Shown: positions 13,986 through 51,165 of the stretch, piece after piece
How the letters are laid out: each line of letters begins with the position of its first letter
Numbering within the stretch: the first letter of the stretch is position 1
Assembly (NCBI GenBank): GCA_000934665.2
Contig: JYFJ02009209.1
Location: 62,001 to 126,000, forward strand
Source: Catajapyx aquilonaris
Taxonomy: Eukaryota
DNA length: 64,000 nt
Direction of reading: 5' to 3'
Notes under the pieces: model-generated
Database searches by the model: none
What the model saw: only the letters and a program-made list of their open reading frames with translations
Told to the model about the DNA's origin: nothing
Made by a program: the position numbers and the translations under genes

Positions 13986-15617
13986 ATGGCGAGAAAGAAT
14001 CCAACCCATCCTCCGCCTCCGCTTCGAAGGTCGAGTCGAACCCATAAGAGGACCCAGGGGCCGCCCCAGGGCGAACCCGGAAAGGTCAGGAAGGGCCAGG
14101 CCTTCCCCCAGCCCCAGGTGGTACTGGAGAAGCTCTCTCCAGTAAGTTTAACATATTATAGAGAAAAAAAAGGGGGTTTGACCTTGTGGCCCAGAATATT
14201 ATGCAATGTTTTGGGTGGGAACCAGATGAAAAAGGTTGTAATGAAGTTGTGCCAATTTTCCAGGAGGTGTTGAGCAAACATGGTCAAGGGCCGTCGACGT
14301 CGGCTGGTACGTCGCATGAACGGAAGAGAAAGCGGGCGGGGAAGCAAGCGACGGCTCCGAAGCGGGCCAGGGTGGCACCTCCGCCTGAACCGGTGAGTTT
14401 CCGATCCTCCAGATGGTTCTAGCTGAATCCTACATGTTCCGCCTGTTTTCCAGGATCAGGGAGCTGGATTTCACAGCCTTCCGTATGAGATGAAGCTGTA
14501 CCTGTTCTCCAAGTTCTTCACCAATGATGTCATGTCCAGTGTTCCGTTAGTGAACCATCAGTGGCGTGATTTGACACGTGCGCCGTATGTGTGGAAGAAT
14601 CTGTGCTTCGAAGGGAGCAAGATATCCACGAAGCAGATTTGCAGTAGGGTTCCTATGATCGCTGTTAAGACATTGGTTTTGAAGAAGCGGGTCGATATGA
14701 ACCGAGTACTGAGCAGGATTATAAAGCGGTGCTCGCAGTTGGAGGCTCTCGAAATCAGCCGTTGCCGCGGGTTCGTCGAGAGCTTCTTGGACAACCTGGC
14801 AAAGTGTAAAAAGCTGAAGCGGCTGACTGTCAACCGAACGTGTTTGGTCGGTGTGAATGTGTTGATAAAGCTGTCTAAGTTGCGTTTGCAGAGTTTGGTC
14901 CTCAATGGTGCTGTGCTGGATTATCCGACACCCCAGGCATATATTCCCGAGTCCGGATTTGCCCAACTGACCGAACTGACGCTGACCAAGATGCGGTGGC
15001 TTACGGATCTGAATGTCCAAAATTTGTTGTCCAAACTGCCTCAGTTGACCAGCCTAACACTGGAGGGGTACAATCGTCTCAACGAATCCAGTTACGTCGC
15101 TTTGGGTAATTGCACTCGGCTCAGGAAGTTGGAACTGCATAACGCAAACAGGATGGCCAACTCGGGCTTCACTGAGGGTCTGACCCGTTTGATTCACCTG
15201 CAGGAACTCCGAATTGATTCTGCTGTTGCAGTGGAAGCTAAGGTCATGCAGGATTACTTCAAGTCGGGAGCTGCTAAAGAGATGCGGGTCCTGAACCTCT
15301 CAGGTTGCTGCAATGTGGACGATGGTTGCATTGCGGCCATTGCGGAGAGATGCCCTAAACTTACACGTCTGACTCTTGTAAGCTGCTGGAAAGTGACAGA
15401 TCAGGGCCTGAAGGCATTGGCCGAAGCTCACTTGGAACTCACCCACCTGAACCTGCGACGATGTTGGAAGGTGACTGACAAAGGAATCGAGCAAGTTGTG
15501 ACTGCAATCAAAAAGTTGTCGCATCTCAATACCATCGGGATAGCAGGGGTGACGAGCAAGAGCTCCAACTTCATTAAGCTGCACCGCCCGTACTTGAATT
15601 TTTTCCGGGTGGAATAG
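13986..15617 (+). CDS. F-box/leucine-rich repeat protein (3 exons)
   Basis: Exons at about 13986-14141, 14264-14392 and 14454-15617. F-box FHSLPYEMKLYLFSKF...VPLVNHQWRDLTRAPYVW. Cys-containing LRRs LNLSGCCNVDD, LTLVSCWKVTDQGL, LNLRRCWKVTDKGI. Basic NLS-like N-terminus. Confidence 0.87.
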
Positions 15618-18344
15618 TGCGCAATGATGTATTTTCTGCTGCAGCAATTAAGCAATCAAAGGTGTGTGGCAAATATTAATTTGCGTTAAAAGTGGGTGGA
15701 AATTTTACATATCCTTTTGGGTCACGTTGGGTCTTCGATTAGAGACAAGGAGATGCACTTGTCTTTACCCAGCAACTTGACCCGGAAGTGTTGGAAAAAT
15801 TTCCACAGATGCAATTATAGTAATATGTATTTGGTTACACATGATGTATCCATGTGGTAGTTGTTAAGAACGGCTTGGAAAAACGTTTCAAGCATGTGAA
15901 AAATCACCTGCTAAACTTCAGAAGTTTGTATTTTGCGATTCATGTCAAGTCCACTACGCAGTATTTTTTACTGCCAGCACAGATTGTTGTGATTTTCTTT
16001 TGGGTACAAAACGCTAGTGTATGTGACAAAAAAGTGTTCAGGTGTTAAATGTACCTCATCCTGTAATTAACGATAGTTCGTTAGATGTGTTGCTCCTTTT
16101 TTTTTTTGTCACTATCTATAATTCTGCCAATTTCAATTGGCTGGTGATGGCAGCTGCATTTTGCTTTGTGTAATCATGGCACATGCCATTCATTCATCTC
16201 ATTGTATTTGGAAACATACTATGCTAGTTGATTCACTTGTCCCCGGGGGGGGGGGGAAAAAATGTGCCATTGACTAAATAATCTCATTGTCAAGTGATAA
16301 TGGAAATATTTGGTCAATAGTTTTCTCCATTGGGCAGCACAGCAGCGATCATTTACTCATGCTGGCAGTGCCAATTTAGCATTTCTGCCAGATAAGTACT
16401 TATGCAATGGATCATCTACACTAGATCATATACGATAAATAAATTTTTGTAATGATAACAATTGTGGTCATTTTCCAGATTTCCCCCCAATAATTTTTGA
16501 CCTCAACAGTGTTTAACCCGCAGTGAATTTTCTGCTGCGACGATTACAATTATTGTGATGCTCTTTAGTGTTACTGTAGGTTGTTGCATATGGAACATTT
16601 CACGTGTACAGTGCTATGTAGACAGATGTCAATTGTCCACATTTTTCACAAGTGAACCGGACACTTGTTAATATCCTGGTTAGATGACCATCTAATGAAA
16701 ACCCCCCAACTTGTCCATTGTTAAGGCACCACCGCATAATACAGTTCGATTCAAGCTGCCAATTGTGTAATGCGGTTAACATACAAGAATATTTTTTGTA
16801 TGTTATGAACTGATGTAGTTTGTCATGCATTACGGACAGGTTTTACTGTACCTTGCACCATGCGGAACCATGCGGCTTGTGACATCTCTTTGCACAACTT
16901 CAGGTTGGCCTTGACTGCACAATGCTCATTTTGGAGATAGCATGTGCAATTCGAGGTGACCCCAACTTTAGCGAACGTCATCTGTTCCATGATGAAGGGC
17001 AATAAAAAAAGCAAAGAGTTACGATGGAGAAGCATGTGGCAGTGGGACCCCCCTCCAAAAACCCCCCCTTTTATGTATTATTGGCAACAACTTCCTGACA
17101 AGCCAACAGAGGGTGAACGGTCATATCACCAGAGGAATAAAGTTGCACTGGGAGCCTGTATGTCGTCACCTGATTGTCGCATGTGACCTTGCAGCATTTT
17201 ATTTGACCATGAGCGAGGTCATGTTACAAGGAAGTTTCCCAAGCTGGACAAACACAGAGAAGAAAAAAAAATTGCAAACTGACAGTATGTCGCAGTACAT
17301 TGCAAATTTAGCTCTTTGTGAAAACGGAAAAACTCCTTTGAGAAAACCGAACATTATAAGCTAATATTTCTATATAGTATATATAAAAAAGTGAACTTAT
17401 TGAGAAGAAATGACATCTAAGAGACTTAAATATTTCCAAGTATGGAATTTTTGTTGTTGTTGTTGTTGCAAACATTGCTTTTACGGATTTGCGCCGTGGT
17501 CTTATGAGCCAGTAATAGTTCGCGTGTGCAGGTTACTTTTCCTTTGCAATTTTGTTTGTAAGTATAGGATACTAGCTTTGTTGCAAATTTCGGTCATACT
17601 CATGGTCAAGGGTTTTATCATTACACAACTTATACACACTGAGAGCCGGAAATAATATATGTAATAAACAAACCATGGCATTCAAAGATGTGTCAATGCT
17701 AATAATCACAATAATTTATTAGCAGTTGGCCTGCAATGTGTCACCTGGTCTCTGTACGTACTAATCCACGTACACATCCTGGAGTTATTTCTAGGAACTT
17801 TCGTACCTATTGCCAGTTCACCCTGCATGATGTACCCCGAATAGTACTTGGGTTAGTTGTACTTAGGAATAAATCAATCAGGATTTCGCTTCCTGGTCCT
17901 GTCTATATGGGCAATGGAAAAGTCATTTGGTTGTAGATTGCGCTTATGTCACTGCCATAATTAATATAGTACAGTGCAATAAATTCGCGAGATTTGATAG
18001 GCCAACTGTATGTTAGTGACAGCAAGATTTAGTCTCATGATATACAATGCAATTGGCGTGACTCATAATGAGACGTCGTTTTACTATTCTAGGTACAGAC
18101 TATGAAAGAGATAGTCGCGTGTCTCATGTACTTGGTGGTGACGCTCGGGACGCAATCTTTTCGCCAATTTTTTTATTATTCGCGATGTTCACCGCTCCTC
18201 GGCGCTGCTGCAGCTTCTCTGACTATACATGATGGTTCTATGGCCTCCCGCGTCCCCCCCACCATTCATTCAAAAGCTGATGGATCGGACTCAGTTATGG
18301 TCACTCTCACAGTGTGGAAGGCCACGTGCAATCGCATTTTGGAC

Positions 18345-25303
<6,959 letters not shown>

Positions 25304-26589
25304 CTGGATATTAATTTATTGGCCTGACTGGAAATATTGTACAAATAATAAATTAAGCCTAACCCCTTTATACCCGGTTGTGACATTGTTGGTCATGTAC
25401 TGCTTAGATATATTCTGAGAAGAGTATGTTGCAAAAAATGAACAATAGTGTGCTGATACTTAACGACCCATATCTACTTCGAATCAGCATTTATTTATAA
25501 CTTAACCCCCCATATTTTGTATTGTATTCATGTGTATTGCATATCCAACTCGTTGTGTATTTTATATAAGTTTTAAGAGGTGCTTTTTTGTAATAGTGAA
25601 TGAGCATACAGTATTATTGACACCTCTCTGTTGAGTTTTTATTGTCACTTATTACCAGGCATTGTTGGACGATAATATTATCATGTGACCAGCAGGTTAC
25701 CTCTCAAACGGCCTTCAAGTACAGTTGCGCAATGTGATTTTTTTTATTTATTTCAAATTGTGAGAACATACCGTAATTGCAAGACCTTGACTGCTAGCAA
25801 AACTGCAATGCGTGTTGCCGCACTTGCAGAGTATTGTAAACTTCCATCACATACTGTAGGCTACTTCCTAAAAAAATCATTTTAAAAATAATCACATGCC
25901 CACAAACACCAGCCATAAACATCACAATAATGCCTTTCAATAATGTAGCAATGGAAATGGCATCTCGTATTGATTCTGGCCCAGTTGCCACAGGATATAG
26001 TGTGTAGTAACAATGGTCCTGGTCACCTATCAACAGTCAAGTGTCAACAACCCGATCAGGGTGGTTGGCCTTCGACTGTGCTCAACGGAAAAGCGATTTT
26101 TTTTTTTGTACATCCGAAGCACGTCAACGACTATAATCATTTACTGTGGTCACACATGTAAGCCATACATATTTAATTCCTTTTAAAAAAATAAGGCCCT
26201 CTAGACTATAGATTAGATAGAATTGGCGGGTATGTGATCATGTTCTAATATTGTTTTATTGTAGCTCACAACACAACAATGAAAATCATTACTCAAGATT
26301 TTAGTCAATTAAATACCTTTTTTGCCATGTATTTTGCAGTTGTTTTTTGCTGTGTACTTTACAGTTGTTTTGTGCAGTCTTTTCAATGCTTTTGTTACGC
26401 ATAACTTCAACAGCACATAAGCCATCATATAGCATAATGTTGCTAGGCATTAATGACAATGTCTGTAAACAAGGCAGTTTTAAGTAATGTTCCGTACCTG
26501 AATTCACATGTGAGCATTTAAAAAACAACAACAACAATTCAATTGGCATTGTCTGATAAATATTGTTTGCCTCATCAGAGAAAGCAAAG

Positions 26590-43538
<16,949 letters not shown>

Positions 43539-44118
43539 ACAAGAAAAAGAAGAAAAATAAGGCCCTCCTACTCCGGTAGCAGACAATAAAAGCAGGATTT
43601 TTGGACACTTGCAATTTGTCTCATTACGCAGTACTTTCTTGTTGAGTACGGATATGTCATATTTTGATTGCGACGACATTATTAGTGTCTTATTATTTCA
43701 GTTTGAAAATATTAATTACCTTTTTTTTTAGTCATGCATAAATCATGATTGTTGACGTCACACGGGTTTGCATCCTCCTATTGTTGATTCTTCCGGAGTG
43801 ACCTGTCCGCGGCGATTGTTGCCGGAAAAGTTATGAGGATTTATTGTTGCGACTGATAGAACCAGGCTCAATAGTTACGTAACGATGCGTTATCTTGAGT
43901 TAATACTGTGCATCGATATATGGACGGTATTGCCTTGATGATAGTTGGGAGGATAAGGCTGTGCACTCAACTATGTTTGCATGAGATACAGTACCATTTA
44001 TCTAAAAATAGTGATGGGATACTATCGGATAAGATACACCTTTGCACCTTACAGTCGCGATACCACCAAGTTAGTTGCACGTAGCCCACACAATTTTACT
44101 GCAGAATATTAGTTAACG

Positions 44119-45626
44119 ATGGTGTTAACGAGGTTTGACATAGTTTACGACCGTTCTGTGTCCGTCTTCTTCCCTGGAGAGACGGTGAGCGGTAAGGTGA
44201 TTGCTGTCCTGGACGCCCCCAAGTCAACCACCGGTAAGTGCACTGCTATAGTAACGTTGCAATGGGTACATGTTGCCATATACTGCAGGGATACGTCTGC
44301 GGCTGAAGGGCATCGGTACCGTGTTCTGGCAGGTAGTGAAAGACGAAATGGTGGACTCGAACGACAGGGACGTACCGGAGGTCATCGACTACTACGCCGA
44401 GGAGACATACTGTTCTGAGGAAACGTGGCTGTACGGCGGGCCGGGTACGTACCGCGGTACATAAGGACCAGAGAGATAAAGTAACGCTGGTTTTTTTTTC
44501 AGATGGAAAAACCGTGACGCTTACACCAGGAGAGCACACGTACGAGTTCCATATGAGGCTTCCGGCTGTGCTTCCATCGTCGTTCGAAGGGTCGTACGGC
44601 AGCGTGCGGTACACCCTGACCGCCACCATCGCCAGATCCTGGCGGTTCGACCACAACATCAGAAGAGCGCTGACAGTCAACGCCATTGTTGACCTCAACA
44701 ATGATGCAGAAGCCAGGGTATGACTGTCATGCATGAGTTGGTTCCGTACAATTAATAACTCCACCAAAAAAGATAGCGCCACACAACGAGAACACGAAGA
44801 CGTTCGGATTCTGCTGCTGCCAATCTGGACCACTCAGCATGAAGTTCCATCTGGACAAAGGAGGGTACGTGCCGGGACAAGAAGTTCTAGTCACTGGTAC
44901 TGTCAACAACGGAAGCGACAAGGTCATCAAGAAGGTCACGGCCAGGCTGCATCAGGTCTGTTTCACACGGGGCATAATTGAGCCCCGACTGATGAAGATG
45001 ACTGTTGCAGGTCATAAAATACATCACCATAAAAGGTACGAAGCTGGAGCAGCGTACCCTGTCCCACGTGGAAAGAGAGGCTGTCCCGCCTGGAGGTGAA
45101 CAGACCTGGTCAAATCAGGTGGTCCACCTGCCTCCTATTCCCCCAACAAATCTTGGCTCCGGATGCAACATCATGAATGTCACATACGAACTACAGGTGC
45201 GTACAGAGTTTATCTAAATATTAAATATGAAAAAAATATTAATTTTATATTGTTGTATATAGCTCGACGCCAGCCCGTCAGGCATGGGGTTTGACCTGCT
45301 GGTCACGTTGCCCCTACTAATAGGCAACATTATGCTGAAGCAAGGGGTGTGGCATCCGCCCCCGGGCGGATACGCCCCGGGGCCGACAGTCCCTTTTCCA
45401 ACGCAAGATTATCCTGACCTTCGTAAGCGTATACCGTTTGACAATTGCGCTTCAGCACTCTTGCAAGGTTTTTTTTACAATTACAATTTATGCATTTCCA
45501 GCATCGCCGAGCTATTCTCAGTGCACGTTCGGTCCGAAGAGCATATGTGAAAAGGACGAGAACGAACACTTCGGTGGAGACAAAGAGTACGCGCCGCTCT
45601 ATCCGGTGTTTTCAACCTCACCTTAA
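44119..45626 (+). CDS. Alpha-arrestin (arrestin domain-containing) A1
   Basis: VFFPGETVSG, GEHTYEF..LPAVLPSSFEGSYGSVRY, FGFCCCQSGPL, GGYVPGQ, PPIPPT, LPLLIGN; tail LPSPSY...APLYPVF*. Confidence 0.9.
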
Positions 45627-45741
45627 CATTGTTGCAATAAATATTGTTCATTTGTATACCCATGAATAATAAAGGAAGTTGTTCCTTACTGAATAATAAT
45701 TAAAGGCACGGTTTTATTGCATTGTTTCTACGCGCGTCTTA

Positions 45742-47219
45742 TTACACCATGGCCAATGTAGGGTACATGGGTGTGTACTCCTTGTCGCCTCCGAGGTACT
45801 CAGAGTCACCTTCTTCCCTGATATTTCGAGCACCGAACATGCACTTGGTGTAGTGCAAAGGAGCTGTGAACAAAAGATGCAACGTTACAACAAAGGAAAC
45901 AGACAATAATTATTGACTTACGGAGGTTTGGATGCATGCTGACCGGATGTGTAGGTGCTGATGGCTCTTGAAATGGAGGAACGCTGTCTTGTATCGGTAT
46001 GTTTCCAATGAGAATAGGCATCTTGGATTTCAGGTCAATTGCAAATCCTGATGGAGTCGCGTCAATCTGTGGAAAAAGCTGCAACATGTATTTTTTCTCT
46101 TTTTAATGTTTCGGACAAACGTACCTCCAGCTCGTAAAAGACGCATATGATGCTGCAGCCTCTTCCAAGGTTGGTTGGAGGAATGGCAGGGACAGGCAGT
46201 GGCCAGTTTGACCACACTTGTTCCTGTCCTGGTCTGACGTCTTCAGATCTGCCAGTCTCTGACACTGTCCGAACCTCTCTGTTTGTACCGGTATGCGTTT
46301 GGTACTGGATACACTAAAAAGTACATCAAAAATGTATCGAGAGAGAGAAAAAAATAGGCTGGCATATATGCATTACCTGGTGCAACTTCGCAACAACTCT
46401 ACTGAGATGTTTTCGGCTATGATTGTTGACCACACCGCTGATCAGTATGGTCTCTCCAGGTACGAACCCTCCTTTGTTCAAACTGAACTTGATCGAAAGG
46501 GGACCAGACTTGCAGCACATGCAACCGAACACTTTGCTGTTCTCGCAGCTCGGCACCAACTGAAAGAAGAAAGAACATGGTAAATGTTCAAAAATGGTCA
46601 GTGAACGACAATGACGTACCAGTGCTTGAGGATTAATGTTGAGATCCACTATTGAGTTGATGGTAAATCCCACTTTGACATCATGGTCGAACCGCCATGA
46701 TCTGACTATCTTGGCACCCGCAATGTACCGGACATACCCGTAAATGCCTTCGAAGGAAGACGGAAGCACCTGAGGCAGCTGGAAGGAGTACGGGTACCGG
46801 TGTTCTCCAGCAGGTATGGTCAGTTTGGCACCTGCGAGTTTGGGCAAAAATGCAGTTAGTTTAATTGAGCAACCGGGTCAAAATGGTGCGTACCTGAGTC
46901 ATGTATGAGACAACATTCGAGTGTGAAGTAGTGTTCGGATGCACTGTGGTGGTGGTGATTCTGATAGGTATGGCTGCCCATACGTCGGTTCCTCTCTCTA
47001 GTTGTCCAGGCCACGTAACCACTGCCCTTCAATTGTATCCACACACCTACAGTAAGTACACTGTGTAAGTGCATGTTACGGGTCCATATTAGACAAAAAT
47101 GTACCGGTAGTTTGTTTGGGACTGTCCACTTCAACCAAGACATGACCTGTGATCACTTCTCCTGGGAAGTAAACGGCCACTGGTCGGTCAAACTCTATAG
47201 AAAATTTCTTCAGGCCCAT
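45742..47219 (-). CDS. Alpha-arrestin A2
   Basis: MGLKKFSIEFDRPVAVYFPGEVITG, LPSSFEGIYGYVRY, FGCMCCKSGPL, GGFVPGE; tail LPPLHY...TPMYPTLAMV*. Confidence 0.9.
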
Positions 47220-47913
47220 TGTTGAATCCCGACACTTCTCTGCAACAATGGAAATTGGCGTTATATAGTCAGTCGGACAACTATTGCGCCGTGAGGTCAA
47301 GGTCAACCAGTATATTTGTCAGTTTTCCAAGTGCTGGCAGCTATAATAGTTTTCCGATGTTTGGAGGACTATAGCGATATACCCAACGTCTGACCTACTT
47401 CATGGCCATCACACGCGTCTAAATTTAGATTCGCACGCAAAAAATTAAGTACTGCAAAATTCCGTGTTTTTTTTTGCTTGTAAAATTAATATGAATAATT
47501 ACAGACGTTAGGCAATTTATTCTATTATTGCAGTGGGTAAGGTGAACATACCCAAGCGACTCTGCCTGATAGCAACCAGATTGCAAACACTAGGCAACGA
47601 CTATAAAAATAGGATCGTAAACCCCTATAAAATTGGCGCAAAAAAACTCACTTGCTAATCCTGAGGAGGTCACTTCTTAACAGCAACACAATATCATGCA
47701 CTTGAGAATTTTGCATCAGTGTTGTCAGTCCTGTGTACGTACTTAAGAGTGTGGCCTTGAGTGGCAGAGGGCGTCGCTTGTATTTTTTTTTGCACAACTA
47801 CATATGAGTTTGCGGGCTTCAGAAGACCTCTAGCGAGAAGATGCAGAACCATTTTTGTTCATATTCGCACGTGAAGGTTTGAAACATATGTTTGGATATA
47901 TTTTTATTTGCTT

Positions 47914-49330
47914 TTATTGAAACATGTCGTATCCGTTATGCAACTTGTGTCCGTTCACTTCCGCAACCCTGGGTCCCGATGGCTGCATCCCAATATTGCC
48001 TATGACCACCGGAAGGACCAGCCTAAAATCTGAGGATCCCGTAGCAGTTGGAGAGGCGTCGAACTGCAGCGGAAATTTGCACAAAAAATAAAATTATTTG
48101 CAATCTAAAACTCTTGTAGTGACCGCCCGCACTGACCTCAAGTTCGTAGTAGACGTTGATTATGTTGCATCCGATACCCAGGTTGGTCGGAGGCACGTCC
48201 GGCACGTACATGGGCACGTCTGGCCACACCTGGTCCTGACCCGGGTTGACCTGACCTTTACCCGTCTCGACTAGTGTCCTCACTTCCAGTTTAGTCTTGG
48301 ATTGCGCCTGGTACCAAACGCACTGAAACGCAACAATTATTCTGTACCATCTGCCGTACGTATATAGATTGAAGAGACTGACCTGATACAACTTGGCCAC
48401 GACCTTCTTGATGACCTTGTTGCTTTGGTTGTCGATCACAGCATGTATGAAAATGTTCTCTCCTGGCACGAACCCTCCCCGATTCAGATTGACCTTGACC
48501 GATATGTGTCCAGAGGTGCACCAAACGCATCCAGTGGTCTTGGTCACTTCGTTCTGGGGAGCCAACTGCAAGGTCGTCAGCATTGTCTTTGTGGATGGAA
48601 CAATGTACGTGAACACAACTCACCCGAGCCTGCCCGTTGATGTTGAGGTCAACAATGGAGTGTACAGTGAACGGTTCCTTGCAGTCGTGGTTGTGCCTCC
48701 AGGTCCGTACTATCATTGCGTTTGCGGTGTACCTGACGTACCCGTGGGTACCCTCGAATGACGACGGTAGTATGGGAGGAAGGGCGAAGGTGAAAGGGTA
48801 GTAGTGAGTGCCCGAAGGTATCACAAACTTGCCTCCGACACCTGCAAAGAAATTATCGTCCAAAAAAATATCCGCAGTAACGACACTCAGAAACGTACCA
48901 AACCCTCCAAACAGACAGTTTTCGTAATGAAAGTAAGTCTCCTGCGCCGAGTAATGCCTGGTATGACTTTTTCCAGCATGACTAGATTTCTTGCTCAGAT
49001 GCTCTTCAGTCCAAGCCACGTGACCAGTTCCCTTCAGCTGAATCCAAACGCCTGAAATTATTTCAAATTATACTGTACAGTACAACAAAAATTGTGCACA
49101 GCATACCTACATGAACTTGGTGCAATGTTGCCAATACTTGTCAAGCAGGAACTACAGTTATAATTGTACAACCCCCTTAGGGAAAGATTGGTCCTTGAAA
49201 GAATTAGGTACGCACCGTTTGTCTCTTCCGGACTGCTGACCACAACCACCACGTGCCCTGTGACCATCTCTCCTGGCAGAAAGACGGCCGAGGTCTGATC
49301 GAACTTGATCGCGAACTTCACCAATCCCAT
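47914..49330 (-). CDS. Alpha-arrestin A3 (no PY tail)
   Basis: MGLVKFAIKFDQTSAVFLPGEMVTG, LPSSFEGTHGYVRY, GCVWCTSG, GGFVPGE; ends LPVVIGNIGMQ...NGYDMFQ*. Confidence 0.88.
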
Positions 49331-49813
49331 GCTAATCAAACCAGAACTAAATTAAATAACCAGCAGCTAATTAGCACAACTTACATTGATTAGAGTCGAA
49401 CCATTCCGGCGGTGAGGGCCAACAGTGTTGTTGTTATGACCTGTTTGTTCTGCTGTTGTGGACTCAACCAAATGCTAGAGGGAGACATAGGTGCAGACTA
49501 AGTCACACTACGCCTTTTTTTCAAGGCTGATTGCGAATTGAGCTGGGAGGGGAAGGGGAGAAAAGAAGGGCAGGTTTTTGCCCATGCTGACCTTGGAGGA
49601 AGGCAAAGAAAGGCGTAATTTTCCCACCGGTTGTCAACGGGTGTCCACCTCAATCTGGAATGTGCCCCCGTGCATATGTGTAGCAAAAAAAAAAAAAAAA
49701 AAAATCAATGCCAATTCTTTTGCCAATTTCTTGCACGAAGTTCAAATTTTGTTAGAGAGTGTATATTGATGTAAATATAATTGGGCAGCATATGTTACAC
49801 CTGACGCAAACTA

Positions 49814-51060
49814 TTAATTGCTGTCTACTTTCGGCGGTTCAGGAGCCGGCTGTTGTCCAAACACATGACACAAAGGAACCAACTCTTTTCTTCCCCGGAC
49901 ATGATCACCGTCACTTTCTTCTCGTATGTTCCTCTGTCCGACCTTACCCTGGGCGTAAGTCGGCGGGGCTGGATATTAATTGTGCAGAAAATTAGGATGA
50001 TTAACAAGCGGGAGGCGTAATTAACCTCCTGAGACCCGGAGTACAGTATACTGTACCTTTGTGGTTTTTACGCGTTTTAGTTAGTCAGAAAGGTACAGTA
50101 TACTGTACCAGGGGTCTCAGGAGGTTAAGACATGACTTACCTTGGTATTGCTGACCTGAAATCGGTGGTGCAGTCGGAGGAGGTGGCTGTAAAGGTGCAT
50201 TATAAGGGACGTAAGGTGCCGGAACAGGGACGTAGCCAGGTGTATGGACAGGGGAGTAGCCAGATTCAGGTGCAGGCTGTTGCTGTGGTACCACCATAAA
50301 TGGTACGTTGCCAATAATGACCGGAAGATTCAACTTCAGGTCGAGGGCTGCACCTGACGGAACTGCTACGATCTGTCATCGAGACACACTTTGTACTACA
50401 TCCAGCCTAACAATTGCCGGGATTTGTCGCACTTACCTCGAGGTCATAGAACACGTGGATGATGCCGGTAGACTGTATCCCCAGGTTAGTCGGTGGGATT
50501 GGAGGGACACGCAGGGTCACTCGATTGGGACTCTGTAGGTCCGACCCGGCCTCTATCGGATTTTGCAACTGTCTTAGCCTCACTCTTGGTTCCGTCGCGG
50601 GCTATGTATCGGATATTCTGTGTATATAGGACACACCGAATATACATGAGATCACTTTAACTCATCCGGATTAATCAGTGTGTTTACCTGTTCCAGCTTT
50701 GCTTCGACACGAGCTATTTCGCGGTTACTCTGGTTCTGAACTACTCCTGTGATCAGGATGCTCTCTCCAGGAGCGTACCCTCCTTTGTCCAGGCCGAACT
50801 GGATGGACAGAGGTGCGGACTCGCAACAGCAGCAACCAAAAGTCTTATCGGTCTCACTATGAGGCGCCAACTAATAAGAAATGGACAGTGGAAAATCTGT
50901 TTTTTACCATGATTTCCAACTGAAACCGGTATACTGTCTGGACTTTTCTGACTGTTATTATGACAATGGATTTACCCGAGCTTGAGGATTGTAGTTGAGG
51001 TCAGAAATGGCGTTGACGGTGAAGAGCTTCTCTTGGTTGTGGTCGGAGAGCCAGGAGCGT
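49814..51060 (-). pseudogene. Alpha-arrestin A4: 5'-truncated and frameshifted
   Basis: Starts abruptly mid-exon (RSWLSDHNQEKLFTVNAISDLN) with no N-terminal exons. An ~8-nt deletion near 50525 (the QVWDRV segment of paralogs) gives a premature TAA. A MITE sits in the last intron. Confidence 0.85.
50021..50128. mobile_element. piggyBac-type MITE (100 bp) with TTAA target-site duplication
   Basis: TTAA(50021-50024) CCTCCTGAGACCC...GGGTCTCAGGAGG TTAA(50125-50128). TIRs are 36 bp with 3 mismatches. The element is absent from the homologous A6 intron. Confidence 0.88.
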
Positions 51061-51165
51061 AATTATCATGACTTACGGATGCCTTTGGTATTGTTGACCC
51101 GGAAATGGTGGAGCCATAGGCGGAGGAGGGGCAGGGGGTAGACAAGGGGCGTATCCAGCGGCGTA

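Noticed and set aside
15700..18300. Short ORFs in the intergenic region after the F-box gene
   Set aside because: No recognisable domain, splice structure or codon bias.
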